This document shows, piece after piece, positions 26,822 through 38,660 of a stretch of DNA of 64,000 bases. Position numbers and translations under genes: made by a program. Each line of letters starts with the position of its first letter. Within the stretch, counting starts at the first letter, position 1. Under the pieces are notes generated by a model. That model saw nothing but the letters and a program-made list of their open reading frames with translations, searched no databases and was not told the origin of the DNA. Source of the DNA: Anaeramoeba ignava BMAN (Eukaryota > Protista > Anaeramoebae); assembly GCA_028826165.1 (NCBI GenBank), contig JAPDFW010000086.1, positions 186,001-250,000 on the forward strand. Reading direction: 5' to 3'.

Positions 26822-27112
26822 TTTTTTTTTTTATGAAAGAATTGATTAAAATAAGAAAATAATAAAAAAAAGAAAATTATTTTTTAATTTTTTTTAATTT
26901 TTATTTTTTAGAAGGAAATTTGACACAAATTTGACGATTTATTGTGATTTAATTAAAAGAATAAATTAGAGTAATTTGTGTATGATCTTTACCAAAAATT
27001 TTTCTTTATTAAAAAAATTAAAAAAAAGAAGAAAAATTTTAATCTTTTTTTAAAAATTCTCCTTTTCTTTCTTTCTTTTTTTTATTATTATTATTAGATC
27101 TAATTTTAGATA

Positions 27113-29458
27113 AGAATAAATTTAATTCCAAAATAAATTTAATTTAAAAAGTGGAATAAATATTAAAATAAATTTAATTTCAAAAATAAATTTAATTTAA
27201 AAAGTGGAATAAATATTAAAATAAATTTAAATCAAAAATAAATTTAATTTAAAAAGTGGAATAAATATTAAAATAAATTTAATTCCAAAAATAAATTTAA
27301 TTTAAAAAGTGGAATAAAGATTAAAATAAATTTAATTCCAAAAATAAATCTAATTTAAAAAGTGGAATAAATATTAAAATAAATTTAAATCCAAAAAGTG
27401 GAATAAATATCAAAATAAATTTAATTCCAAAATAAATTTAATTTAAAAAGTGGAATAAATATTAAAATAAATTCAATTCCAAAAAGTGGAATAAATATTA
27501 AAATATATTTAATTCCAAAATAAATTTAAATTTAAAAAGTGGAATAAATATTAAAATAAATTCAATTCTAAAAAGTGGAATAAATATTAAAATAAATTTA
27601 ATTCCAAAATAAATTTAAATTTAAAAAGTGGAATAAATATTAAAATAAATTTAATTCCAAAAAGTGAAATAAAGATTAAAATAAATTTAATTCCAAAAAT
27701 AAATTTAAATCTAAAAAGTGGAATAAATATCAAAATAAATTTAATTCCAAAATAAATTTAATTTAAAAAGTGGAATAAATATTAAAATAAATTTAATTCC
27801 AAAAAGTGGAATAAATATTAAAATAAATTTAATTCCAAAAATAAATTTAATTCCAAAAAGTGGAATAAATATTAAAATAAATTCAATTCCAAAAAGTGGA
27901 ATAAATATTAAAATATATTTAATTCCAAAATAAATTTAAATTTAAAAAGTGGAATAAATATTAAAATAAATTCAATTCTAAAAAGTGGAATAAATATTAA
28001 AATAAATTTAATTCCAAAATAAATTTAATTTAAAAAGTGGAATAAATATTAAAATAAATTTAATTTAAAAAGTGGAATAAATATTAAAATAAATTTAAAT
28101 CAAAAAATAAATTTAATTTAAAAAGTGAAATAAATATTAAAATAAATTTAATTCTAAAAATAAATTTAAATCCAAAAAGTGGAATAAATATTAAAATAAA
28201 TTTAAATCAAAAAATAAATTTAATTTAAAAAGTGAAATAAATATTAAAATAAATTTAAATCCAAAAAGTGGAATAAATATTAAAATAAATTTAAATCCAA
28301 AAATAAATTCAATTCCAAAAAGTGGAATAAAGATTAAAATAAATTTAATTCCAAAAATAAATTTAATTCCCAAAATATATTTAATTCCAAAAATAAATTT
28401 AAATCCAAAAATAAATTTAAATCCAAAAATAAATTTAATTCCAAAAAGTGGAATAAAGATTAAAATATATTTAAATCCAAAAATAAATTTAATTCCAAAA
28501 ATAAATTTAATTCCAAAAAGTGGAATAAATATTAAAATAAATTTAATTCCAAAAATAAATTTAATTCCCAAAATATATTTAATTCCAAAAAGTGAAATAA
28601 AGATTAAAATAAATTTAAATCCAAAAATAAATTTAAATCAAAAAATAAATTTAATTTAAAAAGTGGAATAAATATTAAAATAAATTTAAATCCAAAAATA
28701 AATTTAATTCCAAAAAGTGGAATAAAGATTAAAATAAATTTAATTCAAAAAATAAATTTAATTCCCAAAATATATTTAATCCAAAAAGTGAAATAAATAT
28801 TAAAATAAATTTAAATCCAAAAATAAATTTAAATTCCAAAAATAAATTTAATTCCAAAAAGTGGAATAAAGATTAAAATAAATTCAATTCCAAAAAGTGG
28901 AATAAAGATTAAAATAAATTTAATCTAAAAAGTGGAATAAATATTAAAATAAATTTAAATTCCAAAAATAAATTTAATTCCAAAATAAACTTAAATTAAA
29001 AAGTGAAATAAAGATTAAAATAAATTTAATTCCAAAAATAAATTTAATCTAAAAAGTGGAATAAAGATTAAAATAAATTTAATTCCAAAAATAAATCTAA
29101 TTTAAAAAGTGGAATAAATATTAAAATAAATTTAATTCCAAAAAGTGGAATAAATATTAAAATAAATTTAATTCTAAAAATAAATTTAAATCCAAAAAGT
29201 GGAATAAATATTAAAATAAATTTAATTCTAAAAATAAATTTAATTCTAAAAAGTGGAATAAATATTAAAATAAATTTAATTCCAAAAAGTGAAATAAATA
29301 TTAAAATAAATTTAATTCTAAAAATAAATTTAATTTAAAAAGTGAAATAAATATTAAAATAAATTTAAATCCAAAAATAAATTTAAATCTAAAAAGTGGA
29401 ATAAATATTAAAATAAATTTAATTTAAAAAATAAATTTAATCTAAAAAGTGGAATAAA
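27113..29458. repeat. Intergenic minisatellite with core AAAAGTGGAATAAATATTAAAATAAATTTAATTCC
   Basis: Direct reading; mosaic of ~35- and ~18-bp subunits. Confidence 0.95.
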
Positions 29459-29590
29459 ATGTTGTTTGGTTTTTTTAAAAAAAAATAAGAAAGATTTTTA
29501 AAAAAATTTTTTTTTTTGGTTTTTGATTTTTCATTTTTTTTCTTTTTCTTCTTTTTTATTAAAAAATAAAAAAACTTTTAAAAAAAAAAA

Positions 29591-32374
29591 ATGCAAATGG
29601 AAATGGATCAAGAATCAAATAAAAATGAAAATAAAAATAAAAACGAAAATGAAAATAAAAATGAAAATAAAAATAACAAAAACGAAAATAAAAATAAAAA
29701 TAAAAATAAAGAAAATGATTCAGATTCAGATTCAGATTCAGATTCAGATAATGAAAATTATATTGATGATAAATTTAGTCTTTCTGATTCTTCAAGTGAT
29801 TCAAATTATGAAGATGAAAATGAAGATGAAAATGATGAAAATGAAATTGAAACTGAAAAAATGTTGGATTCATTAAATAAAGCGTTTCCAAAAAAAAAAA
29901 AGAATTTAAAACAAGGAAAAAAATATCTAATGGAAACAGAACCAGATCCAAAATTACAACAAATAGCATTTTATGTTGATAATTTAAAAGGTGAAGATAT
30001 GTCAGTTAGAATTCAAGCTTTTAAAAATTTGCATTTTATTGCTATAGAATTTGGTGAAAATAGAACAAGAAATGAAATTGTACCTTTTATTCAAAGTAAA
30101 TTATTTTCTTTAAAAAAATTAAAAAGCAAATATTTTATTTAATTTTAATTTTAATTTTAATTTTAATTTAAATTTCTAAATTAATTTTTATTTTTAATTT
30201 TATAAAAGATTTAAATGAAACAAATTATCAAATTTGGGAAATTATTGCTGAGCAATTATCTCATTTTGTTCAATATATTGGTGGAATTCAATATGCTCAT
30301 CTTTTATTACCAATTTTATTTAATTTATCAATAAATGAAGAAATTAAAGTTCGAATAAAAGTAAATTAAAATTTATAAATATAAAATTTATTTATAAAAT
30401 TTATAAAATTGTTTATTCTTTTGATTTTAGTCACTTGAATCAATTTTAAAAATTGTAAATCTTTTAAATCCTAAACAAATAATTGATTATATTATTCCAA
30501 GAATTGAAGAATTATCAGATTCTCTTTTTTCAATCCCAAGAGCTTCAAGTTTAGAAATTATATCACTTATTTATCCAAAAATTCCAGAAAATTATATTTC
30601 TAAAATGATATCGTAATTAAAAAGAAAAATTCATTAATAAAAGATAAATTTTAATCAATTTTTTATTTGGAAATTTATAAACAGTTTATATTTGAAAGGA
30701 TGTAATGATGAATTTATATTTGTTAGGAAAACAGCTTCACAAAATCTTTATGTATTGATTCTATTAATTGAATATTTCCAAAAGAAAATTTAAAACAATT
30801 TAAAAAATTTAATAAAAAAATAGAAAATCATTGATAAAACTTCAGATTTAAATATTTTGAATCAATTATTTTCACAATTTACAAAATTTGTTACTGAAAA
30901 TCAAGATAGTATTCGAATTTTTTGTTTAAAATCATGTGTTTCATTTGGATCTAAATTTGATGATGAATTCAAAATTCAACAATTACTCCCAATATTTAGC
31001 CAATTATCAAATGATTTATCTTGGAGAGTTAGATATCAATCCTCATTTTATTTTGTTGAAGTAAAAATATTCAATTTAAATTTAAATTTAAATTTAAAAA
31101 ATAATTTAATTTAATTTAATTTAAATTGGAAAAAAAATATAGTTTGTTAAATTAATTCCTCAAGAATCTATTCCAGAAACTTTGTTTAATTCTTTTACTT
31201 CTTTATTGAAAGATAAAGAAATTCAAGTTCGAGCAAATTCATCAAAAAATATTTCTCAATTTCTCAATTTGGTTCAAAAACATCCAAATCAAATTGAAAA
31301 TATTCTTTCAACTCTTAGCAATTTAATACAAGATTCATCACCACTTGTTAAATGTGATTGATCCAAAAAAAAAACAAAACAAAAATTTGACAGGAGTTTT
31401 AATCTTTTGAATTTTTTTCTTTTGATTATTATTATTATTATTATTATTAGCTGGACTCGCTTTATCAATTACTGGATTATCACCTTTGATTGGAAAACAG
31501 AAAACAGTTACTTTTCTTGTTCCTCTTATTCTTGATTTATTTGAACATGGATCTTCTGAAGTTCGTTTGAATTTGATAAAAACTATCGATAAAGTTTCTT
31601 CCATAATACAAGAAGATGTTTTATTTGAAGCAATTTTTTGTGCTATTAAAGAGCTTTCTAGATCTCCAAAATGGAGAATTAGGTTAGAAACTGTTGAGAG
31701 CATTTCCAGTTTTGCTAAGAGTTTAGTAAAAAAATTTTTTTCCATTTACATGAAATTTTCATTTTGATTTTCGATTTTTATATTTACATGAAATTTCCAA
31801 TTTTTTCTTTTTCTTCTTCTTCTTTAAAAAAAATAAGCAAATTGAAGTTTTTTCAGGAAAACTTTTTGATTTCATTTTCACATTTTTAATGGATGATGTT
31901 TCTTCAATAAGAAAAACAACTTGCATAAAAATTAAAGAATTAGCAATTATTTTTGGATCAAAATGGACAACAGAAGGTTTATTACCAAGAGCAACAGAAT
32001 TATTGAAAGATAAAAACTATTTGCTAAGAGAAACTTCAATTCAGTTATTATCTGTAAAGAAATAATTCTTCAAATTTAAATCCAAATTCAAATTTAAATC
32101 CAAATTCAAATTTAAATTTAAATAGCTTTTAGTTATTGATTTTCCTGATAAAGAAATTGTTAAAAATCTTTTTATTCCTTTAATTCTTTCTGCAAAAGAT
32201 GATTCTATTGCAAATGTTAAAATTTTTCTTTCTGAATCAATTTCTTCTTTTATTCATGTTCTTGATGATGAAACTAAAAATAATCAAATTAAAAATTGTT
32301 TGAATGATTTGATAAATGATAATGATTTTGATGTGAAACATTTTGCAAAAAAAGCTCTTCTTAATCTTAAATGA
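29591..32374 (+). CDS. PP2A scaffold subunit A (PR65)-like HEAT-repeat protein, 9 exons, acidic N-terminal extension
   Basis: IAIEFGENRTRNEIVPFI, DLSWRVRY, SEVRLNLI, SPKWRIRL, NYLLRET, DFDVKHFA. Eight GT-AG introns (donors ~30096, 30361, 30613, 30752, 31061, 31354, 31726, 32054) keep the frame. Confidence 0.9.
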
Positions 32375-32705
32375 AATTTTTCTTTTTAAAAAAAACAAAA
32401 CAACAAAACAAAATTTTAATTTTCAAATTCCAAAAAAAAATTTAATAAAGATTTTTTTTTTTTGATTAATTTTTTATTCTTTTTTTTTGATTAATTTTTT
32501 TGAAAGAAAAATAAATCGAAATTGTAATTGAAATCGAAATTGAAATCGAAATTGAAATTGAAATCAAAATCGAAATTGAAATGAAGAAGAAGAGAAGAAA
32601 AAGAAAGTAAAAAAAAAAAAACTTAATCCCAACATTTCAAAAATTTCGATAGAAGAAGAAGAAAAAGATAAAAGAAGAAAAAGATAAAGAAAGAAAAAGA
32701 AAAGC

Positions 32706-35700
32706 TTATTTTTGACCCATATGAGGATATCTGAAATCAGTAAGAGGAACGAAATTTTCTTTAATAGAACGAGGAGAGCACCAATTCAAGAGATTAATAA
32801 TAGCACCAGCTTTTTGGTTATTACCAGAAGCACGAGCTCCACCAAAAGGTTGTTGACCAACAACTGATCCAGTTGACTTATCATTAATATAAAAGTTTCC
32901 AGCAGTGTTTCTGAGTCTCTTAACTGCATAATCAAGTGCGTTTCTTTCTTGAGCGAAGATTGCTCCACAGAGACCGTATTCTGAAGTGTTGTCACAAAGA
33001 TCTAATGTTTCTTCATATTTATCAGGGTCATAAAGATAGATTGTTAAAACTGGTCCAAAAATTTCTTCAACCATTGTTTTGCTTTTTGGATTCTTTGTCA
33101 GGATTACTGTTGGTTCAACAAACCATCCAACTGAATCATCACATTTTCCTCCAATTATCACTTCTGAATCTGGATCTTTTTTGGCTCCTTCAATGTAGTT
33201 TTTGATGTTGTCGAATGAAGCTTTATCAATTACTGCTGACATGAAAACACTGAAATCTATTTTTTAATTTTAAATTTCAATTTCATGTAATTGATTAATT
33301 TTATTTAATTTTTTATTTTAAATCATTTTAAATTTTGAAATATTACCATCACTTTGTCCCATTTTGATTTGTTTAATAATTGCTTCAAGTTTTTCACGAA
33401 GTTTTGGCCAAACATTTTTTGGAACATACATTCTTGAAGTTGCTGAACATTTTTGACCTTGATATTCATATGCTCCTCTAACTGTTGAATTTGCAACATG
33501 ATCCAAATCTGCAGATTCGTGAATAAAGTGATAATTTTTTCCACCAGTTTCTCCAACAATTCTTGGATATGATTTGTAAGTATCCATTGTGAATTTTGCT
33601 GCTTCCATCCAAATATGCTTGAAAACTTCAGTACTTCCTGTGAAATGAACACCACCAAGATTTTTATTAGAAAGGAGTGTCTAAATAATTAATAATTAAA
33701 TAATTAATTAATAATTAAATAATTAAATTATTAAATAAAAATAACAAACTCTTCCAATAACACTTCCAGAGCCAGGAATAAATTGAATTACTCCATCAGG
33801 AAGTCCAGCTTCTTGAAGAATTTTGGCAAAAATATAATTGGATAAAATTGAGGTTGATGATGGTTTCCAAAGAGAAACATTTCCAAGAATTGCAGGTGAA
33901 GTTGGCAAATTTCCACCAATAGCTGTAAAATTAAATGGTGTAATAGCAAGAACAAATCCTTCAAGTGGTCGATATTCAACTCTATTCCACATTCCAGCTG
34001 GATTAATCTTTGGTTGCATTGAATAAATTTCTAATTATAAAATTTTTTGGATATTTCATGTAAATGGAAAATTTTTTTTTTAAATTTCTTTTTAAATTTT
34101 ATTTAATTTTAATACCTTCAGCAAATTTAACATTGAAACGAAGGAAATCAGCAAGTTCAGCAATGCAATCAATTTCAGCTTGCCAAACATTTTTTCCTTG
34201 ACCCAATATGGTTGAAGCCATCATTTCGTATCTATATTTTCCAACCATTAAATCAGCAGCTTTGAGAAAAATTCCGGCTCTTGTTTCAAATGGAAGTTCT
34301 TCCCAATGTTTCTTTGCTTTCATTGCTCCATCAACTGCTTTTTGGATCAAATTTTCATCTACAACATCAAATTTGCAGAGAACATTTTTGTGATCAGAAC
34401 AAATTAATTGTTCTTTTTTTTTTCCATTTCGGACTTCTTTTCCGTTTATAATTAAGGGAACGTCATATGGTAATTCTTTTCTCATTTTTTCACATGCTTG
34501 TTTTAATTTGATTGCGGATTCAGTTCCAGGAACATAATTCCACTTTATTTTTAAATTATTATTTATTATTTTAGATATTAATTTAGATATTAAATTATTA
34601 ATTAAATTATTTATTAATTTATTTATTAAATTATATATAAAATTATTTATTAAATTATTAATTAAATTATTAATTAAATTATTAATTAAATTATTTATTA
34701 AATTATTTATAAATTATTAATTAAATTATTAATTAAATTATTTATTAAATTATTGATTAAATTATTAATTAAATTAGATATAAAATTAGATATAAAATTA
34801 GATATAAAATTATTAATTAAATTATTAATAAAATTATTTATTAAATTATTTATTAAATTATTTATTAAATTATTTATTAAATTATTTATTAAATTATTAA
34901 TTAAATTATTTATTAAATTATTAGTTAAATTATTAATTAAATTATTTATTAAATTATTAATTAAATTATTTATTAAATTATTAATTAAATTATTTATTAA
35001 TTAATTAAATTATTTATTAATTGATTAAATTTAAATAATGAGAAGAATTGGGGTTAAATTTATTGATTAAATTATTGATTAAATTAGATATAAAATTAGA
35101 TATAAAATTATTAATTAAATTATTTATTAAATTATTTATTAATTAATTTATTAATTAATTTATTAAATTATTTATAAAATTATTTATTAAATTATTTATT
35201 AATTAATTTATTAAATTATTTATTAAATTATTTATTAAATTATTTATTAAATTATATATAAAATTAGATATAAAATTATTTATTTATTTATTGATTAAAT
35301 TATTTATAAAATTAGATATAAAATTAGATATAAAATTAGATATAAAAATTAGATATAAAATTAGATATAAAATTAGATATAAAATTATTGATTAAATTAT
35401 TTATTAAATTATTTATTTATTTATTAAATTTAAATAATGAGAAGAATTGGGGATAAATTTATTGATTAAATTAGATATTAAATTATTTATTAAATTAGAT
35501 ATTAAATTATTTATTAAATTATTTATTAAATTATTTATTAAATTATTAATTAAATTATTAATTAAATTATTTATTAATTTATTTATTAAATTATATATAA
35601 AATTATTTATTAAATTATTAATTAAATTATTTATAAAATTATTATTAATTAAATTATTAATTAAATTTATTTATTAAATTATTAATTAAATTATTTATTA

Positions 35701-36635
35701 AATTAGATATAAAATTAGATATAAAATTATTAATTAAATTATTTATTAAAATTATTAATTAAATTATTTATTAAATTATTAATTAAATTATTTATTAAAA
35801 TTATTAATAAAATTATTTATTAAATTATTAATTAAATTATTTATTAAATTATTAATTAAATTTATTTATAAAATTATTTATTTATTAATTAAAATTATTT
35901 ATTATTGATTAAATTTTTAATGGGATAAATTTATTGATTAAATTATTTATAAAATTATTTATTAAATTATTTATTTTAGATATAAAATTATTAATAAAAT
36001 TAGATAAAAAATTAGATATAAAATTAGATATAAAATTATTTATTAAATTATTAATAAAATTATTTATTAAAATTAATTAATTAATTAAATTATTAATTAA
36101 ATTTATTTATTAAATTTTTATTAAATTATTTATTAAATTATTTTATTAAATTAGATATAAAATTATTTATTTATTTATTAATTAAATTATTAATTAAATT
36201 ATTTATTTATTGATTAAATTTAAATAATGAGAAGAATTGGGGATAAAATTTATTGATTAAATTTTTTGATTAAATTTATTTAAAAAGAAAATGTCAAATT
36301 GGAGTTAAATAAAATTCTAATTATTAAATTAATTATTAAATAAAAGAGAACAAAAAAAAATTTTTTTTTATTTTTTATAATAAAGAAAACGTTATATGAT
36401 TTTAAATAAAATAAATTAAAACAAAATATTAATTCAATATTAATTCAAAAATTATTAATAATTTAATTAATAATTTAAAATAAAAAAAAAATAAAAAAGT
36501 TGAATATAAACTAAAGATCATAAAGTTAATTTATAATTTATAATTTATAATTTATAATTTATAATTTATAATTTATAATTTTACACAAGGTTGATTTGTT
36601 GGGACTGGAATTAAAAATCGACTAAATTGAGCCAT
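32706..36635 (-). CDS. ALDH4A1: Delta-1-pyrroline-5-carboxylate dehydrogenase (ALDH4/PUT2/PruA); introns 36584-34543, 34115-34031, 33749-33681, 33346-33257
   Basis: PFNFTAIGGNL, FTGSTEVF, GETGGKNYH, YQGQKCSA (catalytic Cys), EEIFGPVL, VGQQPFGGARASG. Confidence 0.95.
34575..36280. repeat. 12-mer (ATTAAATTATTT)n array in P5CDH intron 1
   Basis: Direct reading. Confidence 0.95.
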
Positions 36636-36878
36636 TTTAAATACAATATGAAAATTGTAAAATGAAATTATTAAAAATTTAAATTAAATTTTTTTTTTTT
36701 ACTTATTTTTTAATTTAAAAAAGAAAATTTTTTTTTTTTTTTTTTGCTTTTTTTTTTTTTTATTTTATTAAATTGATCATTTTTTTATTTATTAAATTGA
36801 TTTTAATTTATTAAATTGCTGACAAATTGAAACATTTTTTAATTTAAATAATTTAATTAATTTTTTTTATTTTTAAAC

Positions 36879-36889
36879 AATGAGTCATT
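36879..36889. promoter_or_regulatory. Candidate AP-1/Gcn4-type bZIP site AATGAGTCATT
   Basis: Perfect pseudo-palindrome ~245 bp upstream of the P5CDH ATG in otherwise G/C-poor DNA. Confidence 0.4.
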
Positions 36890-37189
36890 TTTTTCAAAGA
36901 AACTATATTTTTTATTAAGTGGAATATTGGTGGATCTGTTTGTAAATTAAATTATTGAATCAATTTCTTTAATTTTTTAATTTGATCTTTGTTTGTTTTT
37001 TTTTTTAATAGTTTAATTTTAATTTTATTTTTATTTTAATTTTTATTTTTAGATTTAATTTAGATTAATTTTTTTTAAATTAAAAAAGAAAAATAATTTA
37101 AATTTTTATTTGAAAAAGAAAAATAATTTAAAAAATTTTTTCATTTTTTGAATTTAAAATCCAAAAATAAAATTTATTTAAAGAAGAAT

Positions 37190-38590
37190 TTTTAAATTCT
37201 AATTTAGTTTTTAAATAAATTTAATAATAATTTTAATTTAATAATAAATTTTTAATTAATTTAAAAAATAAATTTATTTAAATATTAGTTTTAATTTTAA
37301 TTTTTGAAATAAATTTATTATTTAATATTAATTTAAATTTTGAAATAAATTTAATAATAAATTTAATAATAAATAATTAAATTTAAAAATAAAAATTTAT
37401 TTAAATTTTTAATTTTTAATTTTCTAAATAAATTTATTATTTAATATTAATTTAAATTTTGAAATAAATTTAATAATAATTTTAATTAATAAATTAATAA
37501 TAAATTTAATAATAAATAAATAATTTAAAAATAAAATTTATTTAAATATAAATTTTAATTAATTTTATAAATAAATTTATTATTTAATATTAATTTAAAT
37601 TTTGAAATAAATTTAATAATAATTTTTAATTAATAATTTAATAATAAATTTAATAATAAATAATTAATCTAAAAATAAAATTTATTTAAATATAAGTTTT
37701 TAATTAATTTTATAAATAAATTTATTATTTAATATTAATTTAAATTTTGAAATAAATTTAATAATAATTTTAATTAATAATTTAAATAATAAATTTTTTT
37801 TAATAATAAATAATTAATTTAAAATTGAAATTTTTTAAAAAGTTTTAATTAATTTTATAAATAAATTTATTATTAATATTAATTTAAATTTTGAAATAAA
37901 TTTAATAATAATTTTAATTAATAATTTAATAATAATTTTAATAATAAATAATTAATCTAAAAAATAGAATTTATTTAAATATAAATTTTAATTAATTTTA
38001 TAAGTAAATTAATTATTTATTATTAATTTAAATTTTAAATAAATTTAATAATAATTTTAATTAATAATAAATTTAATAATAAATAATTAATCCTAAAAAT
38101 AAAATTTATTTAAATATAATTTTTAAATAATTTTATAAATAAATTTATTAAAATTAATTTAAATTTAATAATAATTTTTTAAAATAATAATTTAATAATA
38201 AATTTAATAATAAATAATTAATTTAAAATATAAAATTTATTTAAATATAAGTTTTAAATAATTTTATATTTTAAAATAAAAATTTAATAATAATTTTAAA
38301 TTTTGAAATAAATTTAATAATAATTTTAATTAATAAATTTTAATAATAAATAATTAATTTAAAATATAAAATTTATTTAAATATAAGTTTTAATTAATTT
38401 TATAAATAAATTTATTATTAATATTAATTTAGTTTTTGAAATAAATTTAATAATAATTTTAATTAATAATTTAATAATAAATTTTAATAATAAATAATTA
38501 ATCTAAAAAATAAAATTTATTTAAATATAATTTTTAAATAATTTTATAAATAAATTTATTATTTAAAACTTAATTTAAATTTTGAAGAAG
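37190..38590. repeat. Degenerate ~120-145-bp tandem repeat, ~10 copies, upstream of VPS15
   Basis: Marker AAATTTTGAAATAAATTTAATAATAA recurs, mostly at ~144-bp spacing. Confidence 0.85.
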
Positions 38591-38660
38591 AAGAATAATT
38601 TTTTTTTTAATTTTTTTTCATTTTTTTTTTTGCTTTTTTTTTTCGACTTTTAAAAATAAA

